Made by a program: the position numbers and the translations under genes. The notes under the pieces are model-generated. The model saw only the letters and a list, made by a program, of their open reading frames with translations, had not been told where the DNA came from and did no database searches. Below are positions 51,427 through 63,673 of a stretch of DNA of 64,000 bases, piece after piece. Origin of the DNA: Mytilus trossulus (taxonomy: Eukaryota); contig NC_086375.1 of assembly GCF_036588685.1 (NCBI RefSeq), positions 15,934,001 through 15,998,000 on the forward strand. The letters run 5' to 3'. Position 1 is the first letter of the stretch. The number at the start of each line of letters is the position of its first letter.

Positions 51427-53968
51427 TTAAAGTATTTGCATAATATTGAAAAAAGTATAGCTACAGCCCAAAATATAAAAAGTATTACCGTTACGAAGCT
51501 CAATTTCGTCTCCCATATTCAAATGATAAAGTATTAACGCTGAATGCGTTTGATAATCACTGGTGCTGTGTTTAACTGATATTGCAATATCATTGCCATT
51601 TAAATATAGGTACGTGTAGGCATTAACAGTATCTGATGTGATAACAAATGAAATAAGATAATATCCTTCACTTTCACAAGTAAATTTGCCTGAATTTTGA
51701 TATGATGAAAGGTTGTTGATACCATGAGAGGTCCGAATATTTGGGAATATTATAGTTTTTGCACCTGCATAGGTTCCACTATTGGCACACGCTGATAATA
51801 TTACTCCTGTAAGAAAAAGAAAACAATTTATTTACAAACTAAACCATCAAAACAAAAATACACACTCATGAGACAAAATGTACTAGGAATTGCAATATAT
51901 ACTAGTCAACAAAAGAAATGATACACGACTTTAGAATAAATTTATCAAAAAGTATTAAAACAAAAACAAAATGAGATACACTATTTTAAAAAGCATTTAT
52001 TTGCAATAAATGCAAATATGATAATGAAAATCAAAACCTGTCGGAAAGTAATTTAATTCCGTGTAAACGGTGCAAATTTTTTTTTTTCGGAACACAAAAT
52101 CGACACACAATTTTCTAAGTACTAAATGATTTTTTTTTCTAATTTGTTTAAACATATACAATATGCTTATCAAGTTATGTTCATCTTGTAACTTTTAAGT
52201 TGGAATATTGTTCTTTTTTATTTTTGGTAAAAAAAAAAAAGTGTTGTTTATTTTATAATCCCAAAAAATGCAAAAAAAAAAATGAAAAATGTTTTCGTCT
52301 CTAGTCAAGGTTTTAGATAGAAAAACAACACACTGTAAATGTTTACAAATGTCACTTTACACATACTGTCAATGGTAAATCAATTGATAATGTTTACATT
52401 TTGACGATTTCTTGTTGGGCCGAACGATTTAAAAAAAGAATTGATGGCAAACATTGTCTTTTAAACAGATATATCATGTTAAGGAGGGGTATTTGCGAAA
52501 AATACCAGTCGAGATAATGTTAAATTTCACGAGCCGTAAGGCGAGGGAAATTCATTTTCAAAACTGGTATTTTTCGTAAATACCCCTCAAAAACATGCTA
52601 TATCTGTTTAAATTACACCGAATGATTTTCAATATTCAAAAACGCACTGATGATCATGATGTTACAAGCGTCCAGTCGGATAGAGTATTTTTTGGCATAT
52701 ACCACGGCAGAGAGGGTGAAAATTGCATATCCTTTTGGCAAATACCCCGGCGTCGTTAAAAAATGGACGATATTCATTTTATAATAGTAAATTGGTGAAA
52801 AATACACAGGCTATCAACCAATCAAAATCTAGGATTCTAACAAAAGGTGTAATTAATCTTTAAATGAGAGGTTGACATCATTAGTTGGAACTTCTGTTTT
52901 TGAAATTGTCGTTTTATGATAATTTTGTTAAAATTTTAAATTTCGTCAAATGACGTAATGAAAGCAACAAAGATTTTTTTTATATACGAATTTATATTTC
53001 CATGGTCATTAAATATTACTGCCTTCAATATTGATCCTATAAACGTTTATATTTATTTGGTTTTCAAATATTTTGATCTGAATATCACTGACGAGACATT
53101 TCATTTCAAAATGAGCATCTAGTGCATACAAATTTGTACCGGTAAAGTTAATACGTAATGAGAATAAAGTTAAAATGTTATACTTACTACTATTAGATGT
53201 TGCATTCAGTTTCTGTTGTACGCCTGCAATGGATGTCTGTAAACTTGATTCAAGTGTTTGTAGTCTATTGTTGGTTGAAGTTTCAGAATTGTTTATACTT
53301 CTTGTTATTATATTTGTTGTGTAACTGATATTTTTTCTAATTGTATCTACATTTGAATGAAATTCGCTTTCCATCATTTGGAGTTTTTGAAAAAGAGCTA
53401 TAAAGTCTTGTTTCCTTGCATTTGCCTCAGAAGAAATCACTGACTGCCTAATGTTAGTTTCCTTAATTTCCTGTTCCAGATGATTGGTCTGATTTTGTAA
53501 ATTCACAATCACACGCATGTCTGAAACGCTTTGGAGCTTATTCAAATTGAATATTTCTAATTCCAATCGCTTTGAATTATTTCGCATCTGCTTATTTTCA
53601 AGAAGCAGTTGGCTGTTCTGCAATTTCATCGCATCGAAGTTCTTATATAATTCGTTCAAATAGGTTTCTAAAAAACGAGTCTTATTGTTTAAATCATCAA
53701 TGTGATTTCGTTCGGCAGTGGTACACCGATCCAACGCGTTAATTTTATTTGTTAAATCTGTTTGCGTCGCAAGTAGCTGTTGCTGCAATTGTTTTACCTC
53801 TTTCTGTAATTGAAGTCTAGATTGTCTTTCCTGGATGACAAATTGCATGACAAAATCATAGTGTGCGTCAGTTAGAACTGATCCGGTCGTCGGTGGCGGC
53901 AGCGTCTTACCGTCCAATAAAAATCCATGACAAAAGCAGACAGAAGAAAGGAAAATCAACAGAAGCAT
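51427..53968 (-). CDS. Secreted C1q-domain-containing protein with N-terminal coiled coil, 2 exons, 386 aa
   Basis: Exon 1 is 53968-53188 (signal peptide MLLLIFLSSVCFCHG, long heptad region, donor A|GTAAGT). Exon 2 is 51806-51427 (acceptor TTACAG) and encodes RVILSACANSGTY..KTIIFPNIRTSHG...GKFTCESEGYYLISF...YLYLNGN...LNMGDEIEL...TFFNIMQIL*, a gC1q pattern. Phases match. Exon 2 is absent from the supplied ORF track. Confidence 0.88.
52460..52854 (-). mobile_element. Intronic non-autonomous element with inverted repeat, CCAAT motif and terminal palindrome (element B)
   Basis: Palindrome 52460-52612 is centred on CGA-GCC-GTAA-GGC-GAG (52530-52545). AATTACACC (52611) is inverted at GGTGTAATT (52846). 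CCAATCAAAAT at 52818. Confidence 0.75.
53050..53150 (+). repeat. Degenerate hammerhead/retrozyme-like remnant in the C1q gene intron
   Basis: ATCA-CTGACGA-GAC...TC-AAAA-TGAGC-ATC, with the GAAA box mutated. A more decayed counterpart is at ~56795-56855. Confidence 0.4.
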
Positions 53969-54182
53969 CTTAAATATACATATAAACCATCTAAATACAG
54001 TGTATAGAATATATTGTTTTGATCTAACCTAGATGTTAGTTTGAAAAACAATTGTTATCAACAGAAATATTTCATCTGTTTATTTTAACCAGATTAAACC
54101 GCTATCGCAACCAGGAAGTCACGTTAACAAAAAATATATTAGTTTTAAGCTCAGCTTGTACATTTTGTCAGTTGTGTCAGGT

Positions 54183-54265
54183 TGCTGATGGTGACCAGAC
54201 AAAGAAAGTATTTGTTAAAGGGGATATAACTCCAAGTGAAAATGGTTTAGATGCCAATGTTGTTC
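54183..54265 (+). other. 83-bp copy of LLTP exon 18 sequence 24129-24211
   Basis: 81/83 identical by eye (ADGDQTKKV.VKGDITPSENG.DANVV). Confidence 0.95.
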
Positions 54266-56052
54266 ACGGTCTTAACACGGTGTGTTATTTGAAAAAAAAA
54301 TCAAATTGCTGATCGTGAAGGAACAGTGACAAACTTGTTGCAAATCAATCATAGACTGTGCTTTTCAGCAATCTAATTAAATATGAGTTCATGCAGTTTT
54401 CCATCCAATTTTTTCATTTTCATAGAACGAATTCATAATCAAGTGTAAAATTTAGAGACAAAAATACCGAACTAAAAGGTTATTTCAAATGGGGAGTCCA
54501 TAAATAAAGGAGACAGTAGTATACCGTTGTTCAATAGTCATTAACCGAATGGGAGAAAACAAATTCCGGTTTCTAACTTGAAACATATCAACTATTACAG
54601 GAAAGCAACGGAACAACAGAAACACTAAACTGCAACAATAACCAACACCAACATACAAAGAAATGAATTGACAAGCTGACTAAACCGAACGCGTTGTCAG
54701 TCAAAGTAATATCAATACCAGTCTATGGTTATTAAAGCTTGGACAGGTTAAACAAATACATATAATGCAAACTTTCCTGCAACAGTTTTACCTTAATCAC
54801 AACCTTTGTTCAGTAAAGACCAGATAGCTTGTTGGATCATTTTAAGGAAGACCACTTAACATATTTGTATATGCTATTTTTTATCTTTTCTTACTCACTT
54901 AATTTTGCAAAGTCTTTTTATTTCCTTACACACTTTATCACCATAGGCATGACTAAAACTTTCTTTACAATAGTGTTTGCGATACACCTGCATTTATTAT
55001 ATCTATCACTATCAAAATGCATTTGCAAGTATTAAGACACTTATAACAACTTATTTACTACCAACAGTCACAAATATATCAGAAGCTGATTCCCGTAAAC
55101 TATTAAAAACATCTACCATTAAGACCAAGAGATAATGTAGATCGTAAAGTGATCACTCCAAAATATCTGTTATAAGTCATTAGTTTGTGGTAAGGAAGTT
55201 TCGTACTTTAATCTATTTTGCTCATTTTTGTGCTTTGGGATGACACTGAAATAGATCGAAAATGTAGACAGCGAAAACAATTTTTTTTAATCGGATCAAG
55301 ATCTACGTTTAAGTCAATATAAATGTCAGACTCATTGCAATAGTTATTGTCTTTAGCATTTGATCTTGAAAATAAATGATGGGGCAAGGTTTTTGTCCAG
55401 CACGACACGATTGTTACCAATTCGTTCTAGGTTTAGGTGTTTTGCCAATGAAAGAAATTTTAGTAGATGTTGATTGAACCTTGTCCCAGGGCACCAATGT
55501 CTTGTGTGACGATAATTGGAATGATGTTACTATTTATCAAAATAACTATTGATAATAATTTTTGTGTATGAATGATTCCGCTTTTGATGCACATGACTCA
55601 TAAAAACCATTAGTGGGGCCGAGACCAAAAGTTAACAACAACTTCAAGAACAGGAAACCGAATGTGCCTAATAAAAACACAGGTCAATCTGCTGTTAACT
55701 TTGCCTGAGAGAGTTTTAGTTTAAGTGCAATGATCTGTTTTATTTTTAATATCAATGTGAATCATCACATATAAAATGTATTTTTAACTCTCAAAACTAT
55801 GACTACACAGAAACTTATTTAGACTCCACCAGCAAACATTCATCAAGTTTCAAGACCTATAATCATGATAAAAGGTATGAAAAATTAAGACATATAGTTT
55901 AATGATATGCATCAAATATGCATTTGTTAAATTTATTGTAGAATGTTGAATGGATAAATACAGAAGTCTATTTCTCTGTCTTGGTATGTTTAGGAATTAT
56001 AAATATCATTGAAAAGTCTAACTTAAAGTGTTTTTAAAAATGTCATATGTAA

Positions 56053-57015
56053 TTATAGTATTTGCATAATATTGAAAAAACAAAGTTACAACCCAAAACA
56101 TCAAAATAAGTTTCGGCACGAAAGTCAATCTTGTTTCCAACATTCTAATGATAAAATATCAAAGCTGTATTGATGATCACCTGTGTCATGATTAATTGCT
56201 ATCAAAATTTGATTGTTATTTAAACAAAGGTGTGTGTAGGCTTCAGCAGTATCTGTTGTGATGATAAAAAAAACATATTAAATTACACAATATAAAACAT
56301 AAAAAAGACACTTGTGTGACACAATCTACTGGGAGCGGCGATATTTTTAAGGGTCGACGCTTTCGTTGATTATTTTTCATCTTTCACTAACTTCATATAT
56401 TAAAGCCCATGCTACAGTAAGATAACATTAACTAATAGTTTCAACTTCACGGTACTTTTCAGTAGTTTATAATTGCATTATAAAATAAATATGACGTAGT
56501 ACTTTCCTTTAAATATATATTTTTGGCACAATTGTTTACATGTCACCGTGCAACAGAAATTTTATTCCGATTGTGATATCAAAATGACATGTAAATCGCC
56601 CGAGATCAGGATTTTGCTATACTAGTTTCTCGCTATGTTGAAGGCCAATTGATTGTCATGTGCTGCTTTTTGAACTTTGACCGGATTGTTGTCTCTTTGA
56701 CATATTCCCCGTTTTCATTTGTATTCTATGTAGGTCCTTCTTTATTTCGTTAGTTCTTCAACGTTTGTATATATCTGTTTGTTTTAATGTTTTGACATCA
56801 AGTATCACGGAGAGACATTGATATTGAAATTCGCATCTGTGCAGTGAAATTTGTTTCGTTTATATAAATATGTAGTCAGAATAGAGTTAAAATATGTTAC
56901 TTTCTACAATTTGATATTGCATTCATTTTTTGTTCAACACCTGCAATGTATGTCTGAAAACTGGATTCCTGTATTCGCAGGCTTTAGTTGGTTGTAGTTT
57001 CAGAATTGTTTAATT
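56053..57015 (-). pseudogene. Truncated tandem paralog of the C1q-domain gene
   Basis: 56053-56262 parallels 51427-51642 (…IFYH*NVGNKIDFRAETYFDVLGCNFVFFNIMQIL*, in-frame TAG). 56890-57015 parallels the exon 1 3' end (53175-53297). The rest is deleted. Confidence 0.85.
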
Positions 57016-57334
57016 TGTTTCCTAAAAAGACTTTTTGTCTTATTGTTTAAGTTATCCATGTTCGGCAGCGGTATCTCGGTCTAACGTATCTATTTTGTTT
57101 TTTAAATTGTTTATGTCGAAGGTAGCTGTTGCTGTTACAAGCTGCCTTAACGTTAAGGCCCTTAGCTTCTGGCGATATGTATCCAAACTATATTTAATCA
57201 CAAATAATATTGATCTCAATCCTTACGTAATTAATATTATAACTTTAAACAAAATAATGCCAATCAAATCTTGCAATTTTTTTCACAGGAAAATAAGAAA
57301 AAGGTTTATCTGATCTTCATTAGCAAAATGGCAA

Positions 57335-57685
57335 AACGGACATATTCCTTTTCTGCATTGGCTAGAGGTATATGGGGAGGTTTGAGATCTCACAAACATG
57401 TTTAACCCCGCCGCATTTTTGCGGCTGTCCCAAGTCAGGAGCCTCTGGCCTTTGTTAGTCGTGTATTATTTTAATTTTAGTTTCTTGTGTACAATTTGGA
57501 AATTAGTATGGCGTTCATTATCACTGCTCTAGTATATATTTGTTTAGGAGCCAACTGAAGGACGCCTCCGGGTGCGGGAATTTCTCGCTCATTGAAGACC
57601 TGTTGGCGACCTTCTGTTGTTGTTTTTTTCTATGGTCGGGTTGTTGTCTCTTTGGCACATTCCCCATTTCCATTCTCAATTTTAT
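57335..57685 (+). repeat. Abundant interspersed repeat
   Basis: CATGTTTAACCCCG...CTGTCCCAAGTCAGGAGCCT...TTGAAGACC...GTTGTTGTCTCTTTG.CACATTCCCCATTTCC. Related pieces at ~2350-2650 (-), ~35465-35735, ~40665-40765 and ~56630-56720. Confidence 0.7.
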
Positions 57686-58934
57686 ATTATTTTGTTAATG
57701 CTATCAGTGGTTTCAAAAAAACGACTTTTACAATTATGGTAAAATTCCACATCTAAACAACGGAATGATCATGAAAAGGATTCTTCTTGAAACGCCTTCT
57801 AGTTCCTTGCCAAAGTTAAGTAGAACCCCAACTGTGTATTTTTATTTGATGTCATGTTCAAGTAAAAACACAAAAATACTAAACTCCGAGGAAAATTCAA
57901 AAAGGAAAATCAAAAATCATCCCGGAGTATATTCCGTGGAACATACAAATCAAATGATACAGTGTTCCGTGCAGCAAAAGGCAAACTTGATAACCCGGGC
58001 GACGTCCCAGCCGGTTTGTTCTTAGTATTATTTGTATTCATCATGCATAAAGCTACCAAGTTAATGAGAATATTGGACATTTCCAAGATAACCCAATTTT
58101 TTTATAAAAACTCTGATAGTTTTAAATTACTCACCGAGATATAACTTATTATGACACATGACATCTCGTATGTGTATACTATTAAAATAAATTCTTCATA
58201 ATTTTTTTTTTTTTTTTTTGAAGTTATCAAACTATATTGATAGTTTGACATTTGTTAGTGGGTACATCAAATACCGGTACCTTATCCCGGCCTCGTTAAC
58301 CGTAAGTAGCATATAATCAATTTGGTTAGTCTTTGTTAGTTTATTTAACTGTAATATATACATTTATAAATCATTGTAAATTATCATATATATCAAACAA
58401 AAACATTATCAATATAGAATGATTAATTAATCTGAATAACTAAAAAAATAAAGAATAAATAAATAAAAATCACAGAAATTTTGAATTTTGGAAAAAGCAA
58501 AAAAAAAAAAAAAAAAAAAAAATATTTTACTTAGAATTAAATTCATAACAATGTGGTCGACGGTAAAACGTTTGTTAGTAATTATACTGAAAAAATTCAC
58601 CTATAACTTGTATGTCGTTGGCGTTGATTTTATGCTCACTCAGTCTATCAGAGGCCTTCAAGTGGGGATTTAAATAATCATGTTAACACATTTTGATACA
58701 TAAAATGAAACTTTCTTTTCACAAATCAATTAAGGAATTTGTTTTAAATATTTTTTTCACCATCACTTACTACGGTTTCACTTTTAAGAATGATAATGTT
58801 CAGAGCTAATATCAATAAATAATGATAAAAAAAAGTTTATTCATTTAAAAAAAAAACACTTTTAAGTAACGGGGACCCGCGTTATTTCACAAAATATCTT
58901 AGTGATTAAGAGAACAAAATCATTTAAGAGTGAC

Positions 58935-59148
58935 TGTCGGTGATTAAGAGACAGTTTAACTTACGCGTCAAACGTTAACACTACTTTTAACGCCGTTTCC
59001 ATTCACATTGTTAACGTCATCATTATCTTCTGTTAACGTTGTGCTATTTTTATGTATCATGTTGCTATATTGAGTTCAGATTATACGATCAAACGAACCA
59101 GACGTTGTTTTACTGCCTGTCTAGACTTTAGTTAACCCATCCGTCATA
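58935..59148 (+). repeat. 5' LTR
   Basis: TGTCGG...CCGTCATA, direct repeat of 63674-63887. Confidence 0.95.
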
Positions 59149-59172
59149 TTGGTGCTGTGACCAGAGGATATA

Positions 59173-62100
59173 ATGACGAAAAAGAAAGCCATTCGAGTGG
59201 GCCATCGAGGAGCCGCGAGGAGATTAATGTCAAAGATTGAAGAGGAATTAGAGAAAGAAACAACACAACGCGACGAAATAGAAAGCCTATGTGAAACCTT
59301 GAAGAAAAAGAGGGATATTCTTTCGGAACTTGATAGTGAAATTTTAGAGGAGATTGCAGAGGAAAACATGGAAGCAGAGATAGAAGACTCAGATCGGTAT
59401 GTTTTAGATATAGAACGAATTTTTACAAAAGACGGCAGTTTTTAGTAAAACATCTGTATGTGCAGTAACAGTAGAATGCAATGATGTGGTTAGCTCCAGT
59501 GGCGTTTCCTCTACGGCGGTATGTGCTACGGTCTTTTGTGTACTATACTGGTTTTCTGTTAAGCTCTTTGGTTCTGTGTTATGTACTTGTACATGTATAC
59601 TCCAGTTTGGTCCGAAAATCGATCGATAATGACAAATATTTTACTTGACGAGGGAGCACAGAACTCATTCATAACTGAAGATTTAGCTAGAAAATTAGAA
59701 ATTGAGTCCACCGAAAAGATTGCACTGAAAATATCTGGATTTGGAGGAAACGAAGGACAAGTTCGTCATCTTGATAAAGCAAACATAGCTATTGAAACAG
59801 TTAATAATCAAAGAATTAAAATAGACGTAATAATTGTACCGAAAATTGCCGCTCCTATTCAGACAAAATCACAAAAGGAAATCAAAGCACTGCCATACTT
59901 ACGTGGTTTACGACTCGCACATCCGATATGCGCAGAAGACAAGTTTAACATATCTTTATTGATTGGCGCACACTATTACTGGTCAATAGTTGAAGATGAA
60001 ATAATTAGAGGAAATGGACCGACCGCAGTTAAGTCGAAAATTGGTTACCTCTTGTCGGGACCCGTACTTACTAAGAACGGAAGTACTTCCAAACAGTCAG
60101 CAATGCTGAATATTTTGACTGATCACAGAGCCGTTGTTTGCGACTTGGAAAAGTTTTGGAACTTAGAAGCGTTGGGGGTTTCAGGAAGCGATACCATTAA
60201 AAGTCAGTCTGAAGTTGTACGAGAATACGGAGAAAAGTCTATAATACTAGAAAATGGAAAGTACACAGCTAAGTTACCATGGAAACCAGATTTCTTTCCG
60301 CTGCCGCATAACTTGGAATTGGTTAAACAGAGGACAGGAAGCGTTATTAGACGTCTAGCAAACAAACCTGATTTATTAAAAATATATGGAGAGATCATAA
60401 TGGAGCAGGAGAGAAGACATTTTATTGAAAAGGTTGAGGAAACAAAACTTCCTACCGATCGACCCGTGCACTATATCCCGCATCATCCTGTTTCAAAGGA
60501 ATCATCTACTACGCCAATACGCATTGTTTATGATTGTAGCTGCAAAGATTGAAGAGATAATCCAAGTCTAAATGAATGCTTAGAATCAAACCCACCTGTT
60601 ATGAATGATATTACGGGAATACTTATGAGATTTCGCGCTAAGAAATATGCTACAACATCAGATTTAGAAAAGGCATTTCTACAAATACAGCTCGACGAGA
60701 AAGACCGAGATGCAACGAGGTTCTTATGGCTTAGCGATCCAACAAACACATCAAGTCCGCTAATAACATATCGCTTTAAGTCCGTACTCTTCGGAGCTAC
60801 ATGTTCGCCATTCATTTTGAGCGCCACACTTCTCAAGCACTTTAAAGAAAATCCGGGGAAACTTTCAGATACACTTGAAAATGGGTTATATGTGGACAAC
60901 ATTTTAACTAGCTTTGATAACGAAAATGACGTAATAGATTATTACAGGAGATCGAGAGAATTACTTTCGAAAGGCGGGTTCAACCTACGCTCATGGAATT
61001 CAAACAGTCCAAAATTACAAGAAATCGCTAGCAAAGAAAAAACCTTAGACAAAGATGAGCTCACTAAAATTCTTGGTATGCAATGGAACGCTAAATCGGA
61101 CAAGTTGTTTTACCAAAGTAACACGTTCGAGATGGACAAAAAAGGAAAACTGACAAAACTATATGTTTTACGGCAATCATCCAAGATTTCGATCCGTTAG
61201 GACTATTAAGCCCAGTTACTGTAAAGGCGAAAATCTTTATGCAATCACTTTGGAAGCTAAACTTGGAGTGGGACGAAGTATTACCGGAAGATATCCAATC
61301 AAAATGGATATTAATTTCACGAGATCTGGCATCGAGCTTAGAAACAGAGATTCAGCGAAGTACACAGACACAAAACGAGAATAACAGAAATTTACCAACT
61401 CTACATGTATTTACCGATGCTTCAACTCATGCGTACGGCGCATGCGCGTAAATCTTGTATGACAGAAAACCAACAATAGTAATGGCAAAGAATCGAGTTG
61501 CGCCTATCAAGACTATAACTTTGCCAAAACTAGAGCTTATGGGGGCTGTTATTGGAGCAAGACTTGCTGATCATATCTGCAAAAACTTTCCAGAAACTTT
61601 CAGTGAAATACAATTTTGGAGTGATAGTCAAATCGTACTTAGTTGGCTTTCATCCGTAAAACCACAGAGACAATTTATCAAAAACAGAATTGAAGAAATT
61701 AAAAGTTTGTGTGGAGATAATGTATGGAGATACTGCCCTACGAAAGACAATCCCGCAGATCTACTTACACGTGGTATAACATCTGAAGAACTGCAACAGA
61801 ATGAAATGTGGTTTAGTGGACCTAAATGGTTAAACAGCAAAGAAGATTGGCCGACATGGAACGGAAACAATGTAACGTCTAGTGTATGTACAACAATGTT
61901 GGAGAACGAGGACAAAATTGAAACTATGGAGAATAATCAAAATGTACGTATTGGTATAGGAGAAATCATAGATATCGAACGGTACAATTCTTATAGAAAA
62001 CTAACCCGCATTACCGCATATGTAATGAGATTCGCAACGAACTGCAGAGCAACGGAAACTGAACAAAAGAAAGATTTGTTACGTAGTGATGAAATTGAAA

Positions 62101-63491
62101 ATGCAAAATTCCTATGGATAAGATATACACAAGGTAAAATATTTAGTGACGAAATAAATTGTATAGATAATTCTACGAAACGCAAAACACTTGTGCGACA
62201 ATTAAAGCTCTTTCTAGACGAAAAGCAATTATTACGATGTGGTGGCCGCCGAATAGACAATGCGACAGTAGGAGAAACAGTCAAGTTTCCATATCTGTTA
62301 CCGGCAAAGGACCGTCTCACACATTTGATAGTGTTAGAAGCACATGAGAATACACTACATTCAGGAATAAATATCACTCTAGCATACATACAACAAACAT
62401 TTTGGATTCCGAAATTAAGACAGTGCGTCAAATCTATATTGATGAAATGTGTAACGTGCCGAAAAGTAATCGGAAAATCTTATCCCGCACCAGAAATTCC
62501 ACCATTACCAAAAGAGAGAGTTCAAGATGCCACACCCTTCAGCATAACCGGTGTAGACTTCACAGGTGCGCTAACGACAAGAAACAGACACAACGAAGAA
62601 TCGAAGGTTTACATTTGCCTATTTACATGTGCTGTCACTCGAGCCGTACATTTGGAATTAGTTTACGATCTCAGCGGAGAATCTTTTTTATTGTGTTTCC
62701 GGAGATTTGTAAGTCGACGATCAGTGCCGAAAATAATGATGTCAGATAATGCGCTAACATTTAAAGCTGCTTCAAACGAAATTTCACGACTTTGCAATTC
62801 TAGAAAAGTTAAAGAAAATATTCAGAATTATGGCATTGAATGGAAGTTCATCCCAAATAGAGCTCCATGGTTCGGGGGCATGTGGGAAAGAATGATTGGC
62901 TTAACAAAAATATCACTTAAGAAAGTATTAGGACGTGCACATGTCAACAATGAGACTCTAAGGACTGTATTAACAGAGATCGAAGCCACACTCAACGATC
63001 GACCAGTGACGTATATTTCAACAGATATCAGAGATCCGGAGCCGCTTACACCATCCCATCTTATACATGGACGAAGGATAACAACTTTACCGTATGGATC
63101 GTCAAAAAGTGCTATTGACAATCTAAATATTTGTGAATTAACACACACAAACTTGAACAATCAAGCGATACGACAGAGACAATTGATTGAGAACTTCTGG
63201 ACAAGATGGAAAGGAGAATACCTTACTTCATTGCGAGAATATCACCAAAGAGCTGGAGTCGACGTTCGGAAGATCAAAGAAGGCGATGTTGTTCAGATAC
63301 ACGACGAATCAAAGCGCGTGCATTGGAAACTTGGAGTTGTGCAGGACACTATTAAAGGCAAGGACGGCTTAGTACGCGTCGCTATGGTGCGTACCAAATC
63401 AGGAATTACAAATCGACCCGTGACGAAACTCTACCCATTAGAAGTCAACAGCATGGACTGTTATCTGAGACGAAGTGAACGAAGAAACTAA
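59173..63491 (+). pseudogene. Disrupted gag-pol polyprotein of the BEL/Pao element
   Basis: Gag N-terminus 59173-59430 only, then an inverted segment 59431-59590. In-frame TGA at 60550, 1-nt deletion near 61188 (KIFDPLG), TAA at 61449. ORF 61455-63491 is open. Confidence 0.9.
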
Positions 63492-63673
63492 CGTGTGTGA
63501 ACAGACTTGTTATTTTTTCTTATTTGTGAAAAGACTGTAAATTCAAAGAGTTTTTTACGTAATTTAATAATTTAATCCTTTTTTCATTATTTGTGAGATC
63601 AATCTATTTTTGTTCTTTCCGCATGCCACTACAAATCACAGCTAATGGACATTGCATCTGGTGGCCCCGAGTA

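Noticed and set aside
53009-53187. C-terminal 59 aa of the 319-aa ORF
   Set aside because: This is intron read-through past the GTAAGT donor. The real C-terminus is the C1q exon.
58902-58951. 12-bp GTGATTAAGAGA match between the flank and the 5' LTR
   Set aside because: A short AT-rich match that could be chance. One instance cannot support target-site homology.
60550-60552. Programmed stop readthrough between protease and RT
   Set aside because: BEL/Pao elements normally have one ORF, and this copy has other lesions, so a nonsense mutation is simpler.
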